From: Heterodontus francisci
Lineage: Eukaryota
Direction: 5' to 3'
Length of the DNA stretch: 64,000 bases
Assembly: GCF_036365525.1 (NCBI RefSeq)
Contig: NC_090404.1
Coordinates: forward strand, 6,882,001 to 6,946,000
Made by a program: the position numbers and the translations under genes. Below, piece by piece: positions 1-12,779 of the stretch. Each line of letters starts with the position of its first letter. Positions within the stretch are counted from its first letter, which is position 1. The notes under the pieces are model-generated. The model saw nothing but the letters and a program-made list of their open reading frames with translations. It was not told the origin of the DNA and ran no database searches.

Positions 1-3000
1 CCACGCAGAGGGAATACAATTGGCTGGACATGGGGCACCCCTGACGCACTCCACTCCCAAAGTGAAGGAGCACCGTCAAAGGCCCGTTACCTTTGACCAG
101 ACACTCTGCAGCAGTGTATAAAGTCAGACCCGGGCCACAAAATGCGACCTGAGTCTGAATGTGCGCAGAGTCCCGAAAAGGTATTCGTGATCCAGCCTGT
201 CGAACGCCTTCTCCTGATTGAGGGAGAGAAAGGCGACCGACAGACCAGTCCTCTGGGAAAGATGGATCAGGTCCCGGACCAGGTGGATGTTGTTCTGCAT
301 GCATCGGCCTGGTACCATGTATGACTGGTCGGGGTGGATCAGGTGGGCCAGCAATAAGCACAGGCGGGTAGTCATAGCCCCGGCTAAGATCATCTATCCC
401 ACGCTGAGGAGGGAGACCGGACAGCGGTTTTTAAGCAAGCAGAGATCGCCCCACTTCGGCAGCAAGACAATGACTGCCCTGCACCATGAGAGGGGCATCC
501 CCCGGGTCACCAGGCTTTCCCCCAGGACCCGCATGTAATTATCCCCCAGGACGTCCCAGAGTGCTCTGAGGAACTTCATAGTCCACCCGTCCAGCCCCGC
601 GGATTTGTCCCTCGAGAGCTGGTGGAGGGCGTCGATCAGCTCTGCCAATGTGAACGGAGTCTCCAATCTTCGGCACCCTGCAGACTGACCTTCGGCGCGT
701 CCTCCCACAAAACCCTGTGCACGTCCTCGATGGACCATTCCAGACGAACAACACACCATAACAGGTATGGACCAGGATGCCCATTCGTTCCAGGTCCGTG
801 ATGGAGGATCTGTTGTCGGCCAGCACACCATCATTTTACCAGCGAAGGGAGAGGCGCAGTCCAAATCTTCCAGGACCTGGATCCGTGACCTCACGTACAT
901 GCCCTGGGACAGAATGAGCTGCAGGTCCCTCAGCGCACCCTTCTTCTCTTTGTACGCCTGCTACAGGGCCAGGTCCACAAAGGCATGACCGAGGTGGAAC
1001 TCCAAGGCGAGCACTTCCCTCTCTCGGCACCCGATCTCGGCTTCCCGCCTCTTGGTCGACCCCTTCGAGTACTCCTAACAGAAGACATGGATGTGAGTCT
1101 TGCCCACATCACCCAATGTCTCAAGGAGAGGAAGCCCCCCTGCTTCCTTCTCCAGTCGGCCTAGAATCGATGGAACGAGTCATGGAATCGCTCGTCCTCC
1201 AGCAACCAGTTGTTAAAGTGCCAGTTCGCGGACCCCGCCCGCGTGCGGAGCGGAGTGTATTCCGCCCACACCAGGCGGTGATCCGAGCACGGCACCAGCC
1301 GCATGGAGGCCGCTGAGACGCGGGAGACATCCGCCTGTGAAAAGTAGAGGTGGTCGATTCGGGACCATCCACCTCCAGATCTCCATGTGAAGGCGCTGCA
1401 GTCGTGATGGAGATTCCACCAGACGTCCACCACGTTGAGGGAGCTGATCAGCGATGCCCTACCTCGAGGGTGCAGTTACAATTCCCCGCGAGGTTGATGC
1501 ACTCACCCCTATTGATGGAGCTCAAGAGAGAGGACACTTCTTCGAAGAAGCGCGCTTACAATGCACCGGCTTTGGGCACGTACACGTTCACAAAGTGGAA
1601 CGACACACTACCCGGGTGAATGGCGAGCTGGAGCAAGCGGCCCAGCACGAGCTGCTTGACACCCAAGATCACCGGTTGAAAAGTCGGAGACAACAGGATA
1701 GCCACCCCACTAGAAATAGGGGTGAGGTGACTCATGTAGACCCCACCCTGCCACTCCAGGAGCCAGGTGGCTTCGTCCCCTGGTACGATGTGGGATTCCT
1801 GCAGTAAGCCCACTGCATATCTCCCTTCCCTGAGGACTGAGAGATTGTGAAATCTGCAGTGAGACCCCCTGCTGCCATTGATGTTGAAGCTGGCTATCGT
1901 TATCTTCATGTCAAAGGTACTTCAAAACCGACACCAACACCTCACTGTGACTAGGGAGCAGAATTGCACCTGGCCTTCCAATCCCCCAGCAACCCATTGA
2001 AGAACGCATTAAATCAGCGCCTCTCAACCAGTTTCACGCCCACACCCTTGCCCGCTTTCCTGAGGGCGGCACGGACGGACTGGATGATCAGCGCCAGAGT
2101 CGACCAATGGCCGAGGGCCAGCTGAACTTTATTATGGCAACCCCTGCATGCCACGAGGAAATCCCAGAGCTCTGCTGTGGGGAAAAGAGGAGACTCAGTG
2201 GGAGGCAAGAGGGACTCATCCACCTCACTGGCGATGGAATCAAGCTCATCCTCCGTGCTCCACATCGAGTACCCATCCTCCTCCGGTTCGTCACCGCCAG
2301 CGGCCGACACACCCACCACACACTGTGGGGCGGACGACCCTGCCACGCCAGCTGGTCCCGCCTCAGTCATGATCCCACCCCCAGCATCGATGGCAGAGGA
2401 GTCCTCTCTGGGTTCTAAGATGGAACTGGAGCCTACGGGCGCCAGCAGTTCAGGAGCCCCCTTCACCTCCGTCCCCAGGCCAATGTGTGGTCCAGGGGAG
2501 ATGGAAATTCCCGAGTGGAAATCCAGCTGGAGCCGAGACCGCAGGCGGAGAGAGGAGGCAAACTCCCGCCCTTTCAGCGCCAACAGGCCCAGCAGACAGG
2601 GAATTACACAAATTTGCATCTGGGTCTGGTACATCCCGGTGGCAGTGTCAAACTGTTGGGAGGGCGGACTCTCACAGGTCTCGCCCCCACCCAGGACACC
2701 TGACCCATCAACCAAAGGAACGATTTCTCCCATGGGGTTCACAGGCTCCCCAACCAAGGGCGGTTCCCCCACCTCAGGAGTTGACAAGATTACAGGGGCA
2801 TCTACCCCCGCCACCTCCGTTCCGAGGTGTGGAGGGTTCCCGCCCAGTGCTCGAGGCCCTGCTCGTGCTGGTGGCAGGGGAAGCCTGAGGATCCACGCCA
2901 GGAGATGGACTCCGTGGTTCAGGGCCTTCTTCAGAGGCGGGACGTCTCCTCCTCTTTCATCGGGAGGGGCGGGGAGACTCAGAGACCTCCATGTCATCAG

Positions 3001-4410
3001 GGGCCACTGCCTCCACACCCTCCTTTTGCCTGGTCACCTTGGGCCTGAGCGCAGCCTTGGGGCAGGTGGATTCCACGGGACCGGGCCTTGGGCTGAGCAA
3101 CGGCTCAGGTTGTGCCACGGTGTCCAGGGGACATGCCTCTTGTGGTTTATTTTTCTTCTGCGTTCTCCTTCCACTTGGACGGGCAGCCGCCCTCCCCACT
3201 TTAGGCCGTGAAAACCATAGCCTCCAGAACAGATGGAGTGGTGACTGTTGAAGGTGTAGGGACAGTGGGAGGAGGTGCATTGGCGCCACCCTGGGCTGCT
3301 AAGGTGGAGTTAGCGGACGGGAGGGTGGGGCAGTTCTTACAAATGTGCCGCACCCCCTTGCAGAAAAAGCACTGCATCCTGTCCGAGGTCCAGAAGATGC
3401 GGTAGGCCATCCCCCGGAACGTTACATTGAAATGGCCGTCTGTGACCTCCTCCGGTGCCAGCTGCATAAATAGCCAGCGGCGGAAGGAGGAGAAATGTCG
3501 GAGGCCATTTTCCCGAAGACCAAGCAGGACTGGGGTGATCCCCGCCCTCACCTCCCCAAGATGGGACGTGTGGGGAGGAGGAGCTCATTGGGAATGAAAG
3601 GTGGGAGATTTGAGAACATTATCCGCTGTGGGGTTACCCCCAGAGGGTCCAACGACAGGAAGGTCCAGCCCCCACCCCCATAGTGAGCCCCGTATTCAGG
3701 GCCACGGCCACTGCGTACTCGGTCTTCAGGAAGAACATAGTCTTCCCATACATCTTTGAGCCTGCCCCAATGGCCGAGGGGCCGACAAGCTCGGCCATTA
3801 CATTTACACAGGCCCCGATAGACATATTGGGTGGGGATAGCTCTTTAACCCATGGCTAGATGTAATCAATTTAAATGCTGACAGGGTCACGCGGATGGCC
3901 ACAGAGGCTACAGCTGCTTCGGTATGAGAGGACCCTGGCACCGGTGCTGATTGGCTTTCCATGCGTTCAAGAGCCAAACACGCCCCAAATTGTAGGCAAA
4001 CAAATGAAAAACAAACAAACAAACAAAAGTTTCCAAAAAATTATGTCTAAAAGCTAGTAGCCTTGGGGAGAGGCTGAGGGTAGACAGGAAAAGGGGAAAT
4101 TCAGGCTGTGAGCGATGACTTTGCTTTGTTTTTTTTTCCCTTTAAGAGTGGTACTCAGAGAATTGTAAACACTCCTGGTCTTCTGATCTTCTGGTCTTCT
4201 GGTTGTGGGAGGGGTCTTCTCCTGGGTCAGCCAAAAGCTGCTCGGGCACTAGCGAGATTCTTCTGTCACTTTAGCCAGGCAGCATCAGCTGACCCAAGCT
4301 GGGCAACTAGAGTGGGGACGGAGCTTTCTTGTGTCGTCAATGCAAATGCACAGCTCCCTCTAGAATTGTACAGCCCCCACCCCTTGTTGTTCAGGCCTCT
4401 TCCACCTCCT
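1..4410 (-). mobile_element. Tx1/L1-clade non-LTR retrotransposon, copy A, degenerate (ORF1 with zinc knuckle, ORF2 APE endonuclease-RT); runs off the left edge
   Basis: ORF2 starts at 1909 (MKITIASFNINGS...LQESH, then SRIDHLY, SDH: APE motifs). RT motifs further down: AFLSLNQEKAFDR, GVRQGCP near 30-50. ORF1 fragments 2014-3960 include CFFCKGVRHICKNC (CCHC). Multiple frameshifts and stops. 4100-4410 matches the 5' UTR of copy B at about 37730-37950. Confidence 0.92.
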
Positions 4411-7062
4411 GCGGGAGGACATCTCAGAGAGATCATGCAGCGAGGCAACATGGGTGGAGCTCAGGAAAAGAAGGGTGCAGTCACGATGTTGCGGGTTTAC
4501 TACAGGCTTCCCAACAGCCAGCAGGAGGTAGAGGAGCAGATATGTAGTCAGATTTTGGAAAGATGTAAAGGTAACAGGGTTGCAGTGGTGGGTGATTTTA
4601 ACTTCCCCAATATTGACTGGGAGTCACTTAGTGCTAGGAGCTTGGATGGGGCAGAATTTGTCAGGAGCATCCAGGAGGGCTTCTTGAAACAGTATGTAGA
4701 AAGTCCAACTAGGGATGAGGCCATTCTGGACCTGGTATTGGGGAATGAGCCCGGCCAGGTGGTCGATGTTTCAGTGGGGGAGCATTTCGGGAGCAGTGAC
4801 CATAATTCCATAAGTTTTAAGGTACTTGTGGATAAGGATAAGAGTAGTCCTCGGGTGAAGGTGCTAAATTGGGGGAAGGCTAATTATAACAATATTAGGC
4901 AGGAACTGGAGAATTTAGACTGGGGGCGGCTGTTTGAGGGTAAATCAACATCTGACATGTGGGAGTCTTTCAAACGTCAGCTGATTAGAATCCAGGACCA
5001 ACATGTTCCTGTGAGGAAGAAAGACAAGTTTGGCAAGTTTCGGGAAGCTTGGATAACCCGGGATATTGTGAGCCTAGCCAAAAAGAAAAAGGAAGCATAT
5101 GTAAGGGCTGGAAGGCTAGGAACAGATGAAGCACTTGAGGAATATAAAGACAGTAGGAAAGAACTTAAGCAAGGAGTTAGGAGGGCTAAAAGGGGTCATG
5201 AAAAGTCATTGGCAAACAGGATTAAGGAAAATCCCAAGGCATTTTATACATATATAAAGAGCAAGAGGGTAACCAGGGAAAGGGTTGGCCCACTCAAGGA
5301 CAGAGATGGGAATCTATGCGTGTAGCCAGAGGAAATGGGTGAGGTGCTAAATGAGTACTTTGCATCAGTATTCACCAAGGAGAAGGACTTGGTGAATGAT
5401 GAGCCGAGGGAAGGGAGTGCAGATAGTCTCAGTCATCTCATTAGCAAAAAGGAGGAGGTGTTGGGTGTCTTGCAAAGCAATAAGGTAGATAAGTCCCCAG
5501 GGCCTGATGACATCTACCCTAGAATACTGAGGGAGGCAAGGGAAGAAATTGCTGGGGCCTTGACAGAAATCTTTGCATCCTCATTGGCTACAGGTGAGGT
5601 CCCAGAGGCCTGGAGAATAGCTAATGTTGTTCCTTTGTTTAAGAAGGGTGGTAAGGATAATCCAGGAAATTATAGGCTGGTGAGCCTTATGTCAGTGGTA
5701 GGGAAACTATTTGAGAGGATTGTTCGGGGCAGGATTTACTCCCATTTGGAAACAAACGAACTTATTAGCGAGAGACAGCATGGTTTTGTGAAGGGGAGGT
5801 CGTGTCTTACTAATTTGATTGAGTTTTTTGAGGAAGTGACGAAGATGATTGATGAGGGAAGGGCGGTGGATGTTGTCTATATGGACTTTAGTAAAGCCTT
5901 TGACAAGGTCCCGCATGGCAGACTGGTGCAAAAGGTGAAGTCACACGGGATCAGAGGTGGAATGGCAAGATGGATACAGAACTGGCTCAGTCACAGAAGA
6001 CAGAGTGTTACAGTGGATGGGTGTTTTTCTGAATGGAGGATTGTGACTAGTGGTGTTCCGCAGGGATCAGTGCTGGGACCTTTGCTCTTTGTAGTATACA
6101 TAAATGATTTGGAGGAAAATGTAGCTCGTCTGATTAGTAAGTTTGAGGACGACACAAAGGTTGGTGCAGTTGCGGATAATGATGAGGCTTGTCAGAGGAT
6201 ACAGCAGGATATAGATCGGTTGGAGACTTGGGCGGAGAAATGGCAGATGGAGTTTAATCCGGACAAATGTGAGGTAATGCATTTTGGGAGGTCTAATGCA
6301 GGTGGGAGGTATACAGTAAATGGCAGAACCCTTAGGACTATTGACAGGCAGAGAAATCTGGGCGTACAGGTCCACAGGTCACTGAAAGTGGCAACGCAGG
6401 TGGATAAGGTAGTCAAGAAGGCATACGGCATGCTTGCCTTCATTGGTCGGGGCATAGAGTATTCAAATTGGCAGGTCATGTTCCAGCTGTACCGAATCTT
6501 AGTTAGGCCACACTTAGAATATTGCGTGCAATTCTGGTCACCACACTACCAGAAGGGCGTGGAAGCTTTGGAGAGGGCACAGAGGAGGTTTACCAGGATG
6601 TTGCCTGGTCTGGAGGGCATTAGCTATGAGGAGAGGTTGTAAATGCTCGGATTGTTTTCACTGGAACGACGGAGGTGGAGGGGCGACATGATAGATGTTT
6701 ACAAAGTTATGAGTGGCATGGACAGAGTGCATAGTCAGAAGCTTTTTCCCAGGGTGGAAGAGTCAGTTACTAGGGGACTCAGGTTTAAGGTGTGAGGGGC
6801 AAAGTTTAGAGGGGATGTGCGAGGCAAGTTTTTTCCACAGCGGGTGGTGCGTGCCTGGAACCTGCTGCCAGGGGAGGTGGTGGAAGCAGATACGATAGCG
6901 ACGTTTAAGAGACATCTTGACAAATATATGAATAGGAAGGGAATAGAGGGATATGGGCCCCGGAAGTGCAGAATGTGTTAGTTTCGGCAGGCATCAAGAT
7001 CGGCGCAGGCTTGGAGGACCGAATGGCCTGTTCCTGTGCTGTACTGTTCTTTCTTCTTTGTT
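4411..7062 (+). mobile_element. CR1 LINE, 5'-truncated ORF2 (endonuclease + RT) with 3' tail, nested in the Tx1 5' UTR
   Basis: GDFNFP, LDLVL and SDH endonuclease motifs; RT with YMDFSKAFDKVPH, GVPQGSVLGP and KFEDD (5335-6642); in-frame stops at 5323 and 6640; typical CR1 3' end GAATGGCCTGTTCCTGTGCTGTACTGTTCT; candidate TSD CTCCT at 4406-4410 and 7063-7067. Confidence 0.93.
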
Positions 7063-7282
7063 CTCCTACAACAGTCCAAATCAAGCAACTGGCTGGTGCT
7101 CTACCACTCACCTCCAAATACAGCTTTATTCCAAAAGCCTCTTCCGCCTTTGCAGCAAATGTTGTCCAAAATGTCTTGCAGTTCCCTCTTCAGCTTTCTC
7201 TTTCCAGCAGCACCTCCAGCACTGTCAGCTGCACCTCTTTGCTGCAATCAGCACTCAGTTTCCCAATCAGAGAGCAGCCAAT
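7063..7282 (-). mobile_element. 5'-terminal part of Tx1 copy A (5' UTR)
   Basis: Its reverse complement (ATTGGCTG...GCACCAG...TTTGGACTG) aligns with 37465-37730 of copy B and continues into 4410 once the CR1 is removed. Confidence 0.75.
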
Positions 7283-8533
7283 CCCGTGCTGTACCTGCCC
7301 CGGGCGTGTTTGATGGGATAGTATCCTTCCATACCATACTGTACCAGACTGTGTGGGAGCAGAGCTCTGCTCTTTAATATCACCCAGCATGTGACTGTGA
7401 TAGACCATAAGATTGCAGAAGTCAGCGAGGTGCTCCTGGTCTCTATCTCTGGGCATTGGCATAATGAGGCAGAGGGAAAGACGTCTACTCTGATCGGTCT
7501 ATGAATGGCGCAGCAGCTGCTTCACTGAAGGGCATTGGGTTCAAATACAACCCAGACAGAACTGGTGAAAAATAGTTGGCAAGGAAATGCGGAAACGTGG
7601 AATAGGGAGCATGGAACTGTGTGGGCATGGGAACAAGCAATTCAGCAAGTCCAAGTTAGTCCATTTGTTATTCAAGATTTATTAACAATTTCAAAGGGAA
7701 CATTTTACAGAGAAGTCTTTTTTTTTAAATGTCGAAACTGAATGTAACAACTGTGTGATAAACTGAGAACAGAAAACATGTGGTCTGAGCTGCCAGCTGT
7801 CTGTAAAACTGTAACAAGACCAGAGAGGCAAAAAAAAGGCTCAACATAAAGGGAATAAAACAATTGTGTATAAGGAATATTTACTTATTTACACATGAAG
7901 TTCAAACAATCGAAGATGCATTTACATTATAGCCACGATTGTCTCAAACATTTCAAACAGAAAAACGGAAATAATGTTTCTGATTTTCTCAGCTGCAGAT
8001 TTGGAATAATCAACTGAAGGAATTTTACCTTTACAGTTTGTTTGGTAATACAGAGGGTTAATAAACTGCCATTTTTCCTCCTTCTGATGGGAGATTTTGG
8101 TATACTTGGTTTTGGTGTGTGGCTCTCCCTTCAGTTCCCAGTGATTCTTCTGCTGCAACTTAAAACTGACACCAATTCTCAAGGGGTTGAGAACACGTGA
8201 AACAGAGATACTGAGATCTAAATGCCTGCATTTGTTTGTTAGAGAAGGGAAAATTTCAGACTTCCCCTAACAGGGGATACGTTGCTGAAGTTACTCAACG
8301 GAATCCTCTAATAAATTAGCTTTCCTCTGCAGCTAACCTGTGGTGCATCTGTGCTGGGAGCACTGGTTCGAAAAGACTTGAGCCCGAGATCCGCAAATAT
8401 CCTACTTTAGATGAATAGACCTACACTTAGCAAACGTGGCAACCAAAAATAATTGAGCGGTTGTGTATTTAAATTGCGATTGGAAGTACAGGGTCTTTAT
8501 TAGTTTTTATTTCAGATTGAAATCGAGAAATTC

Positions 8534-8925
8534 TCATTGACATGAATTGACGGTGCCCAACAGGACAACGGAAATGTTCACAAAACTTGGTTCACCGCTG
8601 GATTTATTAACTGTTCTGTTGATGATCGTCGAGGGGATCACTTCATGTCCCACCACACAGAAGTAAGAAGCGCCGCTGACCCACTCCTCCGCTGCAATGG
8701 ATAACATGCTGTAGATGAAGAAGGAGCTATTCTCGTTCTCTGCCATCACCTCGGTGTTCTTGTAGTTTCCAGGATTCACCGACTTGTCATTGACGGTCCA
8801 CTTGACGAAGATCTCTCGGGGGGAGCAACCGCTCACTGAGCAAGTGAGGGAGAGGAAGCTCTGAGCGGAGACATCTTCTGCTGGGGGCAGGAGGACAGAC
8901 ACGGACGGTACCCGCAGATCATTAT
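8534..8925 (-). pseudogene. IGHM: Orphan IgM Cmu4 exon with secretory tailpiece (copy 1), reading frame intact
   Basis: 392-nt exon, same length as the copy 3 exon. Acceptor ttttctgcag at 8926. Encodes ...[19 protein letters not shown]...YFCVVGHE...[24 protein letters not shown]. Two AATAAA at 8496-8501 and 8506-8511. No Cmu1-3 upstream and no TM exons downstream. Confidence 0.9.
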
Positions 8926-9224
8926 CTGCAGAAAAAATAAAATAAATGTCAATGAACGGGATAATTCCAGAGAGAATAAAACCGGTGGGTTAGATGTGAA
9001 AGGAATGTGCTTTGTGCGAGATTTTAAAGGTTTTCCTTTTACTCTCTGGGGCCTGTCCTGTTTTCCACTCTGGAGCAATCCTTCTCGCCGAGAATTTGAG
9101 CGATTAGACTGGGAAATTATGTAGAATTTACAGCACAGGAACAGGCTATTCTGCCCAACTAATCTGTACAATTCCTAATGCTGCACACAAAACGCCTCCC
9201 TTCTCCTCCTTCCATCATTTCACG

Positions 9225-10088
9225 GCAAGATGGATACAGAACTGCCTCCGTCATGGAAGACAGGCTGGCAGTGGAAGGGTGCTTTTCTGAATGGAGGGCT
9301 GTGACTAGTGGTGTTCCACAGGGATCAGTGCTGGGACCTTTTCTCTTTGCAGTATATATAAATGATTTGGAGGAAAATGCAGCTCGTCTGATTATTATGT
9401 TTGTGGATGACACAAAGGTTGGTGGAGTTGCGGATAGTGATGAGGATAGTCAGAGGATACAGCAGGATGTAAATCGGTTGGAGACTTGGGTGGAGAAATG
9501 GCAGATTGATGTTAACCTGGACAAATGTGAGGTAATGCATTTTGGAAGATCTAATGCAGGTGGGAAGTATACAGTGAATGGCAGAACCCTTAGGAGTATT
9601 GACAGGCAGAGAGATGTGGGCATACAGGTCCACAGGTCACTGAAAGTGGCAATGCAGGTGGATAAGGTAGTCAAGAAGGAATACGGCATGCTTGGCTTCA
9701 TCGGTCGGGGCATAGAGTATAAAAATTGGCAAGTCATGCTGCAGCTGTAAAGAAATTTATTTAGGCCACACTTGGAATATTGCGTGAAATTCTGCTCGCC
9801 ACACTACCAGAAGGACGTGGAGGCTTTGGAGAGGGTACAGAGGAGGTTTACAAGGATGTTGCCTGGTCTGGAGTGCATTCGATGTGAGGAGAGGTTGGAT
9901 AAACTCGGATTGTTTTCACTGGAACGACGGAGGTGGAGGGGCGACATGATGGAGGTTTACAAAGTTATGAGCGGCATGGACAGAGTGGATAGTCAGAAGC
10001 TATTTCCCAGGGTGGAAGAGTCAGTTACAAGGGAACATAGGTTTAAGGTCCGAGGTGCAAAGTTTAGAAGGGATGTGCGAGGCAAATG
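9225..10088 (+). mobile_element. CR1 RT fragment (same family as 4411-7062) at the upstream breakpoint of the orphan Cmu4
   Basis: GVPQGSVLGP...MFVDDTK; very similar to about 5965-6828. Cmu3-Cmu4 intron homology stops where it begins. Confidence 0.9.
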
Positions 10089-10654
10089 ATATATCTTAAT
10101 ATTTTTGCTCTTCATCGTGTTTCCCAAACATTACATATTTCTAATCCGTTGATTGTTCCAATCTATTGATAGATCCACTACCATCAACTTTCTCAAACAA
10201 TTGATAGCTGGCAACTGATTGATGTCTCTCGATCTGTCAATGATTCCCAACCCTTTCACCATTCCCAGAAGATTGATGGTTCTCAATCTATTAATGATCA
10301 CCAATTCTTTAACGATTCACAGTCCATTCCAGTTTCGTTTGTGGAAAATGACAGACTGAGTCCACATAACCTTTGGTTTACTTTGCACTTCTGGGTTACC
10401 TACTAAATGGTGGAATGATGCAGTACAATTTCCAGAATGGCAGAGCTATTCTGGAGTTGGATTTAAGGTCACACGCAGGGATAGTGTCAGTATTACCGGC
10501 TATACTGTACATTGCAGGGGAATACATGAGAGTTTCGGACTCTATCTGGTTTAACACTGTATCCCGATCGGAAGTTGAACAGTTGAATGCCTGGAGTTCC
10601 ATTTACCTATGCCTCCTTGATCTGCATTTCAATTAGCAACAACCTCTGATCGTC

Positions 10655-10810
10655 AGCAGTGGCTTGGTTGGTAGCACTCGTCCCTCTGACTTAGTTGGTT
10701 CCAGTTTCAAGTTCTCCTCCAGGGTATGAGCACAACAAATATGCTGGCACTCCAGTGGAGTGCTGCACTAGCCGAGATACCGTCTTTCACATTGGACATG
10801 AAACGAAGAT
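10655..10810 (+). mobile_element. Degenerate tRNA-derived SINE fragment
   Basis: A-box-like GTGGCTTGGTTGGTAGCACTC and B-box-like GTTTCAAGT, followed by a SINE-like body. Confidence 0.45.
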
Positions 10811-10934
10811 TCCATTTGAAATATTTAATGAATTCCCTTTTATTATTCAATCTGCATCCACCACCCTTTCAGGCAGTGCATTCCAGAGCATAACAGTTCG
10901 CTCTGTCATTTATCTTCTCCCTCATATCATCTCG

Positions 10935-12235
10935 TGTCATAGAGTTATAGAGTCATTCATGGCACAGAGGAGGACATTCAGCCCATCGAGTCCATGCTGG
11001 ATCGCCACAGAGCTATTCAGTTAGTCCCACTCCCCCTGCTCGATCCTCATAGCCCTCCAAATCTATTTCCTTCAGTGGCCATCCAATTTTCTTTTGAAGT
11101 CATTCATTGTCTCCGCTTCCACCAACCTCGTGGGAAGTGAGGTCCAGGTCATTACCACCCGCTGGATAAAAAAATTCTTCCTCATATTCCTCCTGCAGCT
11201 CTTGCCACAAACCTTCAATCTGTGTCTCCTAGTCCTTGTGCCATCAGTTAATATAAACAGTTTTGCCTTGTCTAACTTACCTAAGCCTGTCATTATCTTG
11301 CATATTTCTATGAAATCTACCCGTCCCCCAATTTCCTTTGTTCTGAGGAGAATAACTCCAGTTTTCCCAGCCTAAACTTGTAACTAAATTTCTCCAACCC
11401 TGGAACCAGGTTTCTCTCAAGTGCCTTCACATTATTCCTCCGCGTGGTGTACCAAACTGGGCGCAATACTCCAGTTCGGGCCTAACCGCAGCTTTATAAA
11501 GGTGCAGCATAACTTCCATGTTTTTGTACTCAATGCCTCTGTATATGAAGGCCATGGCCACATATGCTTTACTAACCACTCTATGGATGCTCCCTCACCT
11601 TCAAAGATCGATGCACATCCACTCCAATGTCCCTCAGTTCCTGCACAGTATTTAGAACTGGGCCATTAAGTATATATTGCCTCTCCCTATTCCTTCTGCC
11701 AAAAATGCATTACCTCACACTTGTCAGCATTACATTGCATCTGCCACTTGTCTGCACCCTCCGCTAGCCTATCTATGTCCAATTGCAGGCGGTTCATGTC
11801 ATCCTCACTGTTTACCACAGCTCCAAGTTTGGTGTCATCGATAAACTTTGAGATTGTATACTGTATTCCAAGATCCAACTCATTTATATGTATCCTTTGG
11901 TTACTTTTCTATTTCCCTTGAATCTGTGCCGAATCTGGTTACCGACCCTTCTGTCACTGAAAATATTTTCAGCGTATTTACTCTCTCAAAATGTCATGAT
12001 TTTGAACGACTCTGTGAAACTACCTTTTAAACTTCTCTGCTCTCAGCAGAACAACCTCGGCTTCTTCAGTCCCTCCACATAACTGAAATCTTTCATTTCT
12101 GGTCCCATTTTAGAAAATCCCTTCTGGACTCTCTCCAAGGCCTCGATGTCCTTCTGAAAATTTGGCACCCAGTATTGTACACAAGACTCCAGCTGAGGCC
12201 TACTGGTGATTTGTACAAGTTTATCATAATATTAT
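10935..12235 (-). mobile_element. Old CR1 3' fragments
   Basis: SKFIDDTKLG...DIDRL...KCEVMHF on the minus strand; CR1-type tail at about 10935-11000. Confidence 0.8.
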
Positions 12236-12658
12236 TTTTTCTACTGCAATTGTCTATGGCCTAGTGCAATGAGAACTGAGGTAATGGTTCATGTAATATA
12301 AACAGATAGATGATGCAGTGTAATATTAACTGAGACTGGACCTAGTACAATATAGACTGACACATTGTGCAATGCAATAATAAAAGCGATAATATCTCGT
12401 GTAATATAGGTAGAGGCATGGCATCATGTAATATAAACAGAAAAACTGTCTTGTGAAATAAATTTACAGCCTTGGTCAAATGTATTAAATGATCTGCACT
12501 TACGTTTTGAATAGAAGGAAATAAAATGCTAAAACATAATTTGTGAAGATCATCACCTATCTTTGTCGAATCCACTTGTAAATAATAATAATGACATGCT
12601 TTCTACACAAACATACATAGAGACACACATTATATATGTACACAGGTATATACGCACA

Positions 12659-12661
<3 letters not shown>

Positions 12662-12738
<77 letters not shown>
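12662..12738. repeat. (GT)n microsatellite
   Basis: About 38 GT units with one interruption. Confidence 0.97.
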
Positions 12739-12740
<2 letters not shown>

Positions 12741-12779
12741 CGATTAGTTTTCGGCTGTTCAAATCTAGCAGCTGAGAGC

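Noticed and set aside
2177-3211. 344-aa plus-strand ORF
   Set aside because: Antisense shadow of the GC-rich Tx1 ORF1.
4108-4410. N-terminal extension of the 405-aa ORF suggesting a fusion protein
   Set aside because: Chance read-through from antisense Tx1 5' UTR into a 5'-truncated CR1; starts at GTG.
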